A stretch of 64,000 nt of DNA from an uncultured Gammaproteobacteria bacterium (GCA_964597575.1 CAZQXB010000001.1:338111-402110); one strand, 5' to 3'; shown: positions 18,614 through 28,779, counted from the stretch's first letter. Program-made: numbers and translations. The notes: generated by a model from the letters alone, not told the origin.

Positions 18614-18657
18614 AGAAAGAAAGTTACACGGGTAAGGGTTGGTATATAAAATTTCTT

Positions 18658-19536
18658 TTACGACTGCTGACTTTCCAGGTATTGCCGTCGCTCTTGGCGA
18701 ATTCTCTGCTCTTCCTTGGTAATTTCTTCCACCGACGCCGTTGTCTTTTCATTTATTTTTTTTGCCGCTTCTTTCGCGTTTCGGTCTGTCTTGGCTGCTT
18801 TCGCGGGCATCTCACGTATTTCCCAGCCCAGTTTGCGTGAGTATGCGTGAAGGAGGACTCCGACCGCTGCGCCATCGAAAACGGCTGCGAGCCCGTCAAA
18901 GATCCACTTGCGAATTCTTTTTTTCATCATCTTTCGTAAGAGATCGGTTTTCCCTCTGGTTATTGAGGCCACTGCCCCTAACTCTGTTTGGTCGCTCTGT
19001 TGCTGAAGGCTGCGCTGTTTGGCAAGTTTGTTCAGTCGTTCGTCGTATCCTCTGAGAACTGGATCGTTTTGGTTCGTGCCATTTCTTCCATCACCCTCTT
19101 CATTTGATTCGCTCCCACCGCTGCCTCCCGAAACCCGGCTGTTTGATTCTGTTTTTTGATTAGCAAATTGTTCAGATTCAGGAACAGAGAAGGGGTTCTC
19201 AGCTGCGGATTTTTTTGGTTGGTTCGGGTCACCATCTTGAGTGAGCGCTGGGTCTGAATTTACGGAACTCGATGTGGTTGGAGCCACACCTTCGCTTGTG
19301 GGCTGTGGTGAAGCACGTCGTTGCCCGCCTTCGTCTTTTCCCACAAACGCCGGGGAGGCAGTTCCTGTACCACGACTTGAGTTTGCGTAGCCTTTGGGAT
19401 TCGTTTGAATTTCAGATATTGTTTTCTGCCGGCTTTGTTCGGCACGAGCTTCGGCTGATGCGAGGGTCGCCAACGATAGGCCGTAGGCGAGGAATAATTT
19501 TTTAAGCGGGTTCCCCGCACGGTGTAGGGCGGCCAT
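18658..19536 (-). CDS. secreted low-complexity (S/T/Q/E/G-rich) protein with a C-terminal hydrophobic helix
   Basis: A signal-peptide-like N-terminus (LFLAYGLSLATLASAEA) is followed by a long disordered region and a C-terminal WIFDGLAAVFDGAAVGVLLHAY helix. Codon periodicity is plausible, but confidence that it is a real gene is only moderate. Confidence 0.45.
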   Translation of the reverse strand: MAALHRAGNPLKKLFLAYGLSLATLASAEARAEQSRQKTISEIQTNPKGYANSSRGTGTASPAFVGKDEGGQRRASPQPTSEGVAPTTSSSVNSDPALTQDGDPNQPKKSAAENPFSVPESEQFANQKTESNSRVSGGSGGSESNEEGDGRNGTNQNDPVLRGYDERLNKLAKQRSLQQQSDQTELGAVASITRGKTDLLRKMMKKRIRKWIFDGLAAVFDGAAVGVLLHAYSRKLGWEIREMPAKAAKTDRNAKEAAKKINEKTTASVEEITKEEQRIRQERRQYLESQQS

Positions 19537-19539
19537 AGC

Positions 19540-19893
19540 TTAGGAAAAGGATGATACAAGAGGTTTTCCTGTACGATGTTCAAGTGTTGCGACAAGTACC
19601 CCATACTCGTCCATAAGATAGTCCACGGTTTCTTTGAGGGGTTCGCCATACAGGAGCGCCTCGCGGGAAAGTTTCATGGCGATCTCTTCGGCTCGAAGAT
19701 CAAGAATTTTTTGTGCTGCTTGCACACTTTTTTCTTCGTCTTGATTTTGAAGTGCTTGTTCAAAAAGTTCTGTGTAGTGGTCGAGCGCTTCGGTAACTTG
19801 TTTTTTTCGAGCGTCATCAACTCTACGCGGTTCAGAGCGTGTCCGATCGCGTTCGAGTTGGCCTGCCCAATCCTGTTCTTGCTCTCTCTCCAT
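19540..19893 (-). CDS. small coiled-coil hypothetical protein immediately downstream of clpC
   Basis: The 117-aa ORF is acidic and helical and sits 3 nt after the clpC stop. Confidence 0.45.
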   Translation of the reverse strand: MEREQEQDWAGQLERDRTRSEPRRVDDARKKQVTEALDHYTELFEQALQNQDEEKSVQAAQKILDLRAEEIAMKLSREALLYGEPLKETVDYLMDEYGVLVATLEHRTGKPLVSSFS

Positions 19894-19896
19894 AGA

Positions 19897-22422
19897 TTAC
19901 AGTAGAGTGAGATGTTCTTTTTTGACAGTAAGGGTGAGTGTTTTTTTTCGTTTGTTTGGTTTTTTCATGGTGGCAAGGAGGAGGTCATGCACCAGTCGCT
20001 CAATCGTTGCGTCAATATGACGGGCTCCGGTTTCAGGCGACCAGGCAGAACGGGCGATTGCCTCTGTTGCTACCGGTTCTGTAACCAAGTCAAGCGCATT
20101 TTTGCCAAGTTCTTTCGCAAGATGTTCTAGTTTGTGGGCGACAATATGCTGCACATCCTCCTTTTGAAGCGGGCGAAAAATATGAACCGAAGAAAGGCGG
20201 CCAATGAGTGGTGCGCCGAATTCATCTTTGAGTTTGGTTTCAATACGTTTGAGGCGCTCTGGAATCATGCCTGCTTCAGATGCACCGCTAAATCCAAAAT
20301 GATGTGCTTTAAATTCTTCTGCTCCGATATTCGTGGTCAGTACAATAATGGCGTGGCGAAAACGAATGTGTTTTCCGCTTGAGTCGGTCAATTCTCCCTC
20401 ATCGAGAATCTGAAAGAGAAGTTTCTGTACGTCAGTATGAGCTTTATCAAATTCATCAAATAAAATAACGGCATGAGGACGTTTTTTAATCGCATCAGTA
20501 AAACGATTACGCTCTTTGTGTCCAATATATCCGGCTGGAGAGCCAAGAAGTTTTGAGACGCTGTGCGCCTCAGCAAACTCATTCATGGAAAAGGTAATAA
20601 GTGCTTGGTCATCCTGAAAGAGCGTTTTGGCCAATTGTTTTGCGAGCTCTGTTTTTCCAACTCCTGAAGGACCGGCAAATAGGAATGAAGCGCGGGGTCG
20701 TTTATCATTCGTGCCGCGTAAAAAACTCCGTTCAAGTGTTTTACCAAGTGACTGAATAACCTCATTTTGTCCAAAAATATGTTTCCCAAGTTCACCAGGA
20801 AGTTCGCTTAAAATATCAAGGTCAGTCTGAATAAGTCGTTGCACTGGAATATGGAGGCGATTACTCGCGGCGCGTGCGATATCCGTGACGGTCACTGCTC
20901 GACGAGGGTTTGCCTCGGGCATTTTCTTTTTTTCATCTCGAGCAAGAATTTTTTCAAGGCGTTCAATGTGTTCTTTAGAACTCACGGCATCTTTTAGACG
21001 CTCTTCACGAATCGCAATTTCCTTTTCTTCACGAAGATTTTCAATGGTGCGAAGAAGATCATGCTTTTTTTTGCTCGCTGCGGTTTCTGGGGTTGCGGCT
21101 CGAACCGCGGCACAGGCTTCGTCAATAAGGTCGATGGCTTTATCGGGTAAATATGCATCATGAATATATTTTACCGACAAATCAATAGCGAGTTGAATGG
21201 CAGATTCCTCAATAGTTACTGTGTGGTAGCGTTCATAGTAGGGAGCCAGGCCTTGGAGAATAGAAAAGGCAACTTCTGGGGTTGGTTCATCAATCGTAAC
21301 CGTCTGAAACCGACGCTCGAGGGCAGGGTCTGAAGTAATAAATTTTTGATACTCATCAAATGTGGTGGCACCGATACAATGCAACTGGCCGCGTGCGAGA
21401 GCTGGTTTCAAGATGTTCGCCGTGTCGAGCGTGCCCATGTTTCCGCCACTGCCGATAATGTTATGAATTTCATCAATAAAAAGAATACATTCCGGGCGGC
21501 GGGTTACTTCTTCAATAAGTTGTTTTAAGCGACCCTCAAATTCACCACGGTACATGGTGCCTGCGACAAGGAGAGGAAGGTCAAGGGCAAAAATCTTTTT
21601 ATGTTTAAGGACAGCGGGTACTTTCCCTTCAGAAATAAGTTTGGCGAGGCCCTCAACGATGGCGGTTTTTCCGACCCCCGGTTCTCCAATAAGTACAGGA
21701 TTATTTTTGGTACGACGACACAGAATATGAATCACTCGCTCAATCTCTTTTTCCCGGCCAATAACAGGGTCTATTTGTTTTTGAACGGTATTCTTGGTCA
21801 ATTCAATGGCGTAGGTTTCGAGTGTAGAGTTCGTTTTTTTGCTTGGCCGCGCTTTTGGAAGTGGTGCTTCTGGAGGCTCTTCGCTTGCATTGTCTTCAAG
21901 AAGATCTTGGATTTGCTCCATTGATTCAGCTACATCGGTCATGTCTGGAAAGCGACTGAGGCCGTGGAAGATTGTTTCAAGTTCGCTAAGAAGGGGTTCC
22001 CGGGAGAGCTTTTTTTGAGCAAAAAGGGTGACAATTTCTCCTGATTCTTCTCGGAGGAGTCCGTGAAGAAGGTGTTCTGTGCCTACATAGGAATGACCAT
22101 GTTCATAGGCAATAAGCATGGCCCTCTCTAGAGCTTTTTTGGCTGCCACACTTAAGGTTGGGGCAATTTCAGTACGTTCTGCTTTGGCGACTGCTTTTTG
22201 CTTTTCTGCATCTTTTAAAACCGTGGCGTATAAGTTTTTTGAAGTTAAATCAAGTCGGCGAAGCACTTCTTCAGCCACAGAACCCGATTCTTCGCTTAAT
22301 CCAAATAAAAGATGAAGGGGGGTAGCCCCAGGTTCTTTTAAGCTGCCGGCCAGGGAAAGGGCTCGGGCAATGGCATTTTTGAGATGGGTCGAAAACTGAT
22401 CAAGAAGTTTTTCCGTATTCAT
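19897..22422 (-). CDS. clpC: AAA+ chaperone ClpC (Clp protease ATP-binding subunit; ClpC/ClpB family)
   Basis: N-terminal Clp repeats are followed by two AAA+ modules (GEPGVGKTAI…; FLFAGPSGVGKTELAK…). The middle domain is short, and an HFGFS loop is compatible with a ClpP-docking loop, which favours ClpC over ClpB. Confidence 0.85.
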   Translation of the reverse strand: MNTEKLLDQFSTHLKNAIARALSLAGSLKEPGATPLHLLFGLSEESGSVAEEVLRRLDLTSKNLYATVLKDAEKQKAVAKAERTEIAPTLSVAAKKALERAMLIAYEHGHSYVGTEHLLHGLLREESGEIVTLFAQKKLSREPLLSELETIFHGLSRFPDMTDVAESMEQIQDLLEDNASEEPPEAPLPKARPSKKTNSTLETYAIELTKNTVQKQIDPVIGREKEIERVIHILCRRTKNNPVLIGEPGVGKTAIVEGLAKLISEGKVPAVLKHKKIFALDLPLLVAGTMYRGEFEGRLKQLIEEVTRRPECILFIDEIHNIIGSGGNMGTLDTANILKPALARGQLHCIGATTFDEYQKFITSDPALERRFQTVTIDEPTPEVAFSILQGLAPYYERYHTVTIEESAIQLAIDLSVKYIHDAYLPDKAIDLIDEACAAVRAATPETAASKKKHDLLRTIENLREEKEIAIREERLKDAVSSKEHIERLEKILARDEKKKMPEANPRRAVTVTDIARAASNRLHIPVQRLIQTDLDILSELPGELGKHIFGQNEVIQSLGKTLERSFLRGTNDKRPRASFLFAGPSGVGKTELAKQLAKTLFQDDQALITFSMNEFAEAHSVSKLLGSPAGYIGHKERNRFTDAIKKRPHAVILFDEFDKAHTDVQKLLFQILDEGELTDSSGKHIRFRHAIIVLTTNIGAEEFKAHHFGFSGASEAGMIPERLKRIETKLKDEFGAPLIGRLSSVHIFRPLQKEDVQHIVAHKLEHLAKELGKNALDLVTEPVATEAIARSAWSPETGARHIDATIERLVHDLLLATMKKPNKRKKTLTLTVKKEHLTLL

Positions 22423-22477
22423 AAGCGTATACCCTGTATGATACGCTTCTTTGGGGGTTTCGTCTAGGGGAAAAGGC

Positions 22478-23371
22478 CTACATTTCGCGGAGTCGGCGAA
22501 TTCTTTCTTCGGCAGGGGGATGGGTGGAAAAAAGCGTTACAAAACTTTTTCCGCGAAAAGGGTTTGCGATGAATAAGTGGGCGGTTGCCGCACTTGCCCC
22601 TGGGAGGGGTGTTTTACTTTGGGATATTTTCTCTAAAGCTCGAGCAAGGCCCTCAGGGTACCGTGTGAGGAGGGCTCCTGAGGCGTCAGCTAAATACTCC
22701 CGTTTTCGAGAAATGGCGAGTTTAATTAATTCTGCCACGATAGGGGAGACGATAAGGAGCGCGATTCCAAGGATTGCGAGAATATTACTTCCTCGATCCC
22801 GATCATCGCGGCTGGTGAGGTTGAAGCGTAAAAACCAATCTGCTAAAAGTGAAAGGGTGCCGACTAAGACAACGACCACGGTCATAACACGAATGTCATA
22901 GTTTTTGACATGAGAAAGCTCATGAGCAATTACCCCTTCGAGCTCCTCATTTTCGAGTGCCTCAAGAAGCCCGGTCGTAACCGCGATCGAAGCGTGTTCT
23001 GGGTCGCGACCCGTAGCAAAGGCATTCAGTGCGCTCGTTGGAATAAGGTGAATTTTAGGGAGGGGCTGCCCATTCGCAAGGCAAAGATTTTCTACAATGC
23101 GATAGAGGTAGGGGTTATCTTCTTTTTTTATTTCCTTTGCTCCAGAAGACCAGAGCGCCATTTTATCCCCGGCAAAATAGCTGGTCAAAGTGAGGATGCT
23201 GGAAAGAGCTACAGCTCCGACGACTGACTCGTAGCCGAATCGGCCGGTGGCATTGAGAAGGATCCCGATAGTAATAATAAGACCCCCGACTAATGCCATG
23301 AGAAACCAGGTTTTGCGTTTGTTACTATCGATCTGGTCGTACATAGAAATTTTCTTCAGAAAAAGTCGCAC
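22478..23371 (-). CDS. htpX: HtpX-family M48 zinc metalloprotease
   Basis: TM helices flank the HEXXH motif (IAHELSHVKNYD). Confidence 0.85.
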   Translation of the reverse strand: MRLFLKKISMYDQIDSNKRKTWFLMALVGGLIITIGILLNATGRFGYESVVGAVALSSILTLTSYFAGDKMALWSSGAKEIKKEDNPYLYRIVENLCLANGQPLPKIHLIPTSALNAFATGRDPEHASIAVTTGLLEALENEELEGVIAHELSHVKNYDIRVMTVVVVLVGTLSLLADWFLRFNLTSRDDRDRGSNILAILGIALLIVSPIVAELIKLAISRKREYLADASGALLTRYPEGLARALEKISQSKTPLPGASAATAHLFIANPFRGKSFVTLFSTHPPAEERIRRLREM

Positions 23372-23404
23372 CTGCGCGGTGCAGATGCTGCTTTGGCGAA
23401 AAGA

Positions 23405-23971
23405 TTAGAACGAAACTTTCACGTTTTCGCGTTCCTTCGGATCGGCAACTTCAAAGAATTCCATGGCTTTGAACGAAAACATGTTGGCAATAATGTTTGT
23501 TGGGACTGTTTCAATAGAAGTATTGAGATCGCGAACTTGACTGTTGTAGAAGCGGCGAGATGCTTGAATTTTATTTTCGGTATCAGAAAGTTCATCCATA
23601 AGCTGAGCCATATTCTGATTGGCCTTGATTTCTGGGTACGCTTCAACGGCAATCTGCAAACGACCAAGCATGCCTCCGAGGAGGGACTCGCTTTTTGCTA
23701 ATTCTTGGGTGTTGCCAGATGCTTGCGCTGCCATGGCACCTGACCGAGCTTTGGTAATGTTTTCAAGAAGTTCTCGTTCATGGGTGAGAAAACCTTTGAC
23801 GCTTTCAACTAAATTCGGAATAAGGTCATGGCGTCGTTTTAACTGCACATCAATATCGCTCCAGCCCTCTTTCGCTCGATTTCTGAGGGACACCAAGCGA
23901 TTATAAGTGAACACCACCCACAGTACTACCACCGCAATAATAGCGATAAGAATCCACACACCAGTTGTCAT
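23405..23971 (-). CDS. lemA: LemA family protein
   Basis: An N-terminal TM helix is followed by the LemA core (YNRLVSLRNRAKEGWSDIDVQLKRRHDLIPNLVE…). It is paired with htpX as usual. Confidence 0.85.
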   Translation of the reverse strand: MTTGVWILIAIIAVVVLWVVFTYNRLVSLRNRAKEGWSDIDVQLKRRHDLIPNLVESVKGFLTHERELLENITKARSGAMAAQASGNTQELAKSESLLGGMLGRLQIAVEAYPEIKANQNMAQLMDELSDTENKIQASRRFYNSQVRDLNTSIETVPTNIIANMFSFKAMEFFEVADPKERENVKVSF

Positions 23972-24078
23972 AGACAGATATTTAGGGTAATAAATGGAGT
24001 ATCCGACTTGCTCTTATAGGAGCGCTTTCTGTATACTCTACAGGTAATGGTAGCCTGAATAACCTCTTTTCGTCAATT

Positions 24079-25260
24079 ATGGGAACTATCCTCCTTTTTT
24101 TAATTATTCTAACGGCGCTCGTTCTTGTTCATGAACTTGGCCATTTTTTGACTGCGCGTTTTTTCGGAATGAAAGTGCTTGAGTTTGGAGTTGGGTTTCC
24201 TCCCCGAGCTTTTGGATGGTATAAAGATCCAAAAACAGGAAAGCGCGTTTTTGTTTGGCCAAAGAAAAAAACTCCAGGTCTTCAGGATACGGTCGGTGGC
24301 GGTGCTCGGGAAGAAGAAGTGCCCGGTGTTTTATATACCGTGAATTGGTTACCGATTGGCGGGTTTGTCAAAATTAAAGGCGAAAACGGGGGAGACGAAA
24401 AAACGAATGACAGTTTTGCGGCAGCTCCTGTGTGGAAACGACTCATTGTGCTCGTGGCCGGGGTGGTCATGAATATTATTTTAGCGAGCCTTTTGTTCGG
24501 AATCGGTTTTATGAAAGGGCTTCCAACCGATGTATCCGGCGGAATTCCTGAAGGGTCGTCGCTTGTCGGGGCTCCCATGATTGTGGTTCAGGAAGTTGTC
24601 TCTGATTCTCCGGCCGAAAAAGCCGGGGTAAAACCAGGCGACAAAATTGTGCGAATAAATACGTTCGTGCCACCAAACGCTGCAGCCATGAGTGAGTCAG
24701 TTCTTTTAAATGGTGAAAAGCCGCTCACATTAGAACTTTCCCGCGAAGAAGGGCTTGTCGTGGTAGAGGTAATTCCAGGAGTGGTGGAGTCTGCGGGTGA
24801 AACTTCTCCTAAGCTCGGGGTTCGTTTGGCTGATGTTGGGCTCGTGCAGTTTGCTTGGTATAAAGCGATTCCTGAAGGGTTTGTTGCTGCGTTTTGGAGT
24901 TTGCTTGGTATTTTTCAAGCACTTTGGCTTTTAGTTGTCAATCTTGTGACAGGGAAAGGGTTACTTTTCGAAGTCTCTGGCCCCGTGGGGATTGCGACCG
25001 CCGTAGGGCAAAGTGCAGAGCTCGGGATTTCATATCTTATCCATATTGCAGCAATGATTTCACTCTCGCTTGCCGCCATGAATATCCTTCCTATTCCAGC
25101 GCTTGACGGGGGCCGCGCTTTTTTTGTGGCGCTCGAAGGAATTTTCCGACGAAAAATTCCCCCTGCATTTGAAGGTGTGGCACATACGATTGGTTTTGTC
25201 CTTCTCATGATTTTGATTATGGTCGTTACGGGTCGAGATATTCTTAAATTATTTTCTTAA
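24079..25260 (+). CDS. rseP: RseP-like site-2 protease (M50 family, PDZ-containing)
   Basis: HEXXH in TM1 (LVHELGHFLTARFFG), a PDZ region and a C-terminal NILPIPALDGG motif. Confidence 0.85.
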   Translation: MGTILLFLIILTALVLVHELGHFLTARFFGMKVLEFGVGFPPRAFGWYKDPKTGKRVFVWPKKKTPGLQDTVGGGAREEEVPGVLYTVNWLPIGGFVKIKGENGGDEKTNDSFAAAPVWKRLIVLVAGVVMNIILASLLFGIGFMKGLPTDVSGGIPEGSSLVGAPMIVVQEVVSDSPAEKAGVKPGDKIVRINTFVPPNAAAMSESVLLNGEKPLTLELSREEGLVVVEVIPGVVESAGETSPKLGVRLADVGLVQFAWYKAIPEGFVAAFWSLLGIFQALWLLVVNLVTGKGLLFEVSGPVGIATAVGQSAELGISYLIHIAAMISLSLAAMNILPIPALDGGRAFFVALEGIFRRKIPPAFEGVAHTIGFVLLMILIMVVTGRDILKLFS

Positions 25261-25269
25261 CGTCATTTA

Positions 25270-26328
25270 TTGCATATCGCTATTTTGATTTTTATGCATG
25301 AACACCTCGAAACATTTCGGCAAGAGTATCTTGCGGCCATTCAGAACATAACGACAGAAGCAGAACTGGCCTCGTTTACCGAGCTGTATTTTGGACGAAA
25401 AAATGGCAAGTTGACTGAGCTTTTAAAAGGGCTTGGGAGTTTGTCTCCTGAAGAACGTCGTATGCGTGGACAGGAACTCAATGTGTTAAAAACGGAATTA
25501 GAGGCAGTGCAACAAGAGGTTGAGCGAAAGATTCGGAGTGAAGGGTCAAGAGCACGTTTGGCCACAGAAACAATTGACATTACTGAGCCAAAAATTCCCA
25601 GTGAACCAAATGGATCTCTTCACCCGCTGACGACGCTTCGGTATGACCTTGAAGATTTTTTTTCGCGTTTGGGTTTCCGTGTTGTACAAAGCCCAGAACT
25701 TGAAAGTGATTATTTTAATTTCACGGCCTTAAATGTCCCTCCGAACCATCCTGCTCGGGACATGCAAGATACGTTCTATATTAAAGACCATCCTGATTGG
25801 GTGATGCGTACCCAAACAACGTCGTACCAAGTGCGTATGCTTCGGGAATACGGTGCGCCATTAAAAATGGTTACTATTGGTCGTGTCTTCCGTAACGAAG
25901 CTACCGATGTTCGCCATGAGCACACCTTTTATCAATTTGAAGGTCTCATGGTTGGAAAAGGGATCTCATTTGCAAATCTCAAAGCCACCCTCCTTGCCAT
26001 GGCCACTCATTTGTATGGAGAGAAAACCGAGGTGAGACTGCGTCCAAAGTTCTACCCATTCGTTGAGCCGGGGGTAAATGGGGAAGTCACCTGCTTCCTC
26101 TGTTCTGGAAAAGGATGTCGGCTCTGTAAAGAGACTGGCTGGTTAGAGGTGTTTGGGGCGGGTATGGTCCACCCGCATGTTCTACAAGAAGCTGGGCTTG
26201 ATCCAAAAGAATATACGGGTTTTGCCTTCGGGTGCGGATTTAATCGCCTGGTCATGCTTAAATACGGTATTGAAGATGTGCGCCACTTTCAATCTGGTGA
26301 TCTCCGCTTTGTTTCTCAATTCTCGTAA
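25270..26328 (+). CDS. pheS: phenylalanine--tRNA ligase alpha subunit
   Basis: Class II core (FNFTALNVPPNHPARDMQDTFYI…GFAFGCGFNRLVM). The likely start is MHEHLE at about 25297. Confidence 0.9.
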   Translation: MHIAILIFMHEHLETFRQEYLAAIQNITTEAELASFTELYFGRKNGKLTELLKGLGSLSPEERRMRGQELNVLKTELEAVQQEVERKIRSEGSRARLATETIDITEPKIPSEPNGSLHPLTTLRYDLEDFFSRLGFRVVQSPELESDYFNFTALNVPPNHPARDMQDTFYIKDHPDWVMRTQTTSYQVRMLREYGAPLKMVTIGRVFRNEATDVRHEHTFYQFEGLMVGKGISFANLKATLLAMATHLYGEKTEVRLRPKFYPFVEPGVNGEVTCFLCSGKGCRLCKETGWLEVFGAGMVHPHVLQEAGLDPKEYTGFAFGCGFNRLVMLKYGIEDVRHFQSGDLRFVSQFS

Positions 26329-26331
26329 TGT

Positions 26332-28779
26332 ATGCTCGTCTCATTTTCTTGGATTCAGTCATTTATTAAGCAGGGAAAAAAACTCGACCCGGAAAAAGTC
26401 GCGGCTCTTTTGACTCAAAAAACAGTTGAGGTCGAAGGCATTATTCGGGCCGGAGAACACTTGGAGAACATTGTCGTTGGTGAAATTATTGCGGTCGCCG
26501 CTCATCCGAATGCTGATAAATTGAAAGTGTGTAGAGTGTCTGTTGGTAAAGAAACACTCTCCATCGTCTGTGGCGGATCAAACGTGGTAGAAGGTATGCT
26601 CGTGGCTGTCGCAAAAGTCGGTGCGCGCGTACGCTGGCATGGAGAAGGAGATCTTATTACCCTTGAACCAGCAGAAATTCGCGGTGTGGCGTCGAGTGGT
26701 ATGATTTGCGGAGCTGACGAAATTGGGCTTGCGAGTGAATTTCCGAAAAAGGGTGAAAAGGAAATACTCGATCTTTCTGACCTTCATGTAAAGCCTGGTA
26801 CTTTGCTTGCTGAAGCGCTCCACAAAACAGACATTGTTTTCGATATTGATAATAAATCATTATCAAATCGCCCCGACCTTCTTTCCCATGTTGGGTTAGC
26901 ACGAGAAGTCGCTGCCTTAACGAAAACAGATTTTAATATTATTACCGCCAAGCGACCGGGCATCATGCCAGCGAAAGGTTCGACTGCGCCACGAATTGTG
27001 GTCGAGAGCGCAAAAGATACGCCACTCTTTGAGGCGGTTGCGATTAGCGGCATTACGAATATTCCTTCTCCTTCTTGGCTTACGGAAAAATTAACCACGC
27101 TTGGTATCGCCTCTATTCACCCGGTGGTTGATGTGACGAATTATGTCATGCTCGAATACGGTCAGCCACTTCATGCCTATGATGCAGCCAAAGTACAAGG
27201 AAAAAAACTTGAAGCACGGCGTGCTAAAGCACATGAAGAGGTGACGACCCTTGATGGGAAGAAACGAAAACTTTCACCAGAAATTCTCGTCATCGCAGAC
27301 GCCGAGAAAGTGGTTGGAGTTGCCGGTATTATGGGTGGAAAAGAAACAGAAGTAGGAGAAACGACAACATCGATTCTGCTTGAGGCTGCGAACTTCACCG
27401 CCGGAACCATTCGTCGTGGTACGACCATGCTTGGGCTCCGAACCGATGCGTCAACCCGTTATGAAAAATCACTTGACCCTTGTAGTGTGGGGGTCGGCCT
27501 CACGCGCGCAGTAGAACTTCTCCGTAAAATATATGGACCGAGTATTCAGGTGAGTAAGCTGGCAAGTAAGGGGAAACTCCCGTCCATGCCAAAGCCACTT
27601 CTTGTATCGTGGAAGTATGTTGAAGAGTTTCTTGGAACCCCAATTCCTATAAAGGAAGGCATGGATATTTTGCTTCGTCTTGGGTTCGGGGTAAAAAAAC
27701 ACGGTAAGGACCAGCTTTCTGTTGGAATTCCAACCCGTCGCGCTACTAAAGATATTTCTCGAGTGGAAGATATTGTTGAAGAAATTATTCGGGTGTATGG
27801 ATATGACAAGATCAAACCAGTGTTTGGTTCGGTCACCATGAGTGCTGCCCCAATTGACCCAGTCTTACTACTCGAGCGTAAATTTCGAGAGGTGCTGTCG
27901 AGCCAGTACGGAGCCAACGAGGTGTATACCTATTCGTTCGTTCGGGAAACAACACCAAAACATTTTGGCGTAAAGGATGATACGTATATCCGCCTTGATA
28001 ACCCGATCGCAAGTGATCGTCCGCTTCTGCGCCGTCATCTTTTGGAGAGTGTGTGTGAGGCGGCAAAAGGAAACATTCGCCGTGTTGATTCTCTCCGTTT
28101 ATTTGAAACAGGAGTGGTTTTTCGAAAAGAAACCTCGGGTGAACTAGCGCAAAAAACAGGAACCGGGCGTTTGCCGCACCAGCCTCTTCATAGCGCGTTT
28201 TTATTTGGTCAAAAAGGGGAGGTGACGCCATATAAAGAAGCATACGCCGTTCTTTCTGGGCTCATGCGCCGTTTACGGTATCGTTTTTCTTTAGAAAGAA
28301 AGAATTTGCCATCATTCCTTCACCCCGGCCGAGGTGCGGTCATTGTTCAAGATGGTGAAGCGGTTGGATATATTGGTGAACTTCATCCGGATGTTATCGA
28401 AGCAGAAGGATTACCGTATCGTGTGGCTGCGTTTGAGGTAGATCTGGTTCGCTTGGCATCGAAAGAGCCTCAGCCGATTCGATATGTTCCGATTCCTGTG
28501 TATCCAGACATTGTCCAAGATATTGCTCTTGTTGTTTCCGAAGAAGTAACGCACGAAACAATTCAGCAGGCTCTTTCTTCATTCAACCCTCTCATTTCTC
28601 GCGCTGAACTTTTCGATGTCTACCGAGGTGAGCATATCGCGAAAGGAAAAAAGAGTTTGGCATACCACTTGACCTATCGATCCGTTGAAAAAACACTTAC
28701 GACCTCTGATGTTGATGCGGTTCATCGTGAGCTTCTTCGGTTTTTGGAGAAAGAGTTTGGGGCAACTGTGAGAGAATAG
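26332..28779 (+). CDS. pheT: phenylalanine--tRNA ligase beta subunit
   Basis: The 815-aa ORF has a tRNA-binding N-terminal domain, B3/B4 and B5 domains and an anticodon-binding C-terminus. It lies directly after pheS. Confidence 0.9.
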   Translation: MLVSFSWIQSFIKQGKKLDPEKVAALLTQKTVEVEGIIRAGEHLENIVVGEIIAVAAHPNADKLKVCRVSVGKETLSIVCGGSNVVEGMLVAVAKVGARVRWHGEGDLITLEPAEIRGVASSGMICGADEIGLASEFPKKGEKEILDLSDLHVKPGTLLAEALHKTDIVFDIDNKSLSNRPDLLSHVGLAREVAALTKTDFNIITAKRPGIMPAKGSTAPRIVVESAKDTPLFEAVAISGITNIPSPSWLTEKLTTLGIASIHPVVDVTNYVMLEYGQPLHAYDAAKVQGKKLEARRAKAHEEVTTLDGKKRKLSPEILVIADAEKVVGVAGIMGGKETEVGETTTSILLEAANFTAGTIRRGTTMLGLRTDASTRYEKSLDPCSVGVGLTRAVELLRKIYGPSIQVSKLASKGKLPSMPKPLLVSWKYVEEFLGTPIPIKEGMDILLRLGFGVKKHGKDQLSVGIPTRRATKDISRVEDIVEEIIRVYGYDKIKPVFGSVTMSAAPIDPVLLLERKFREVLSSQYGANEVYTYSFVRETTPKHFGVKDDTYIRLDNPIASDRPLLRRHLLESVCEAAKGNIRRVDSLRLFETGVVFRKETSGELAQKTGTGRLPHQPLHSAFLFGQKGEVTPYKEAYAVLSGLMRRLRYRFSLERKNLPSFLHPGRGAVIVQDGEAVGYIGELHPDVIEAEGLPYRVAAFEVDLVRLASKEPQPIRYVPIPVYPDIVQDIALVVSEEVTHETIQQALSSFNPLISRAELFDVYRGEHIAKGKKSLAYHLTYRSVEKTLTTSDVDAVHRELLRFLEKEFGATVRE

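Noticed and set aside
22478-23971. lemA–htpX pairing as a novelty
   Set aside because: It is a well-known conserved gene pair and is ordinary.
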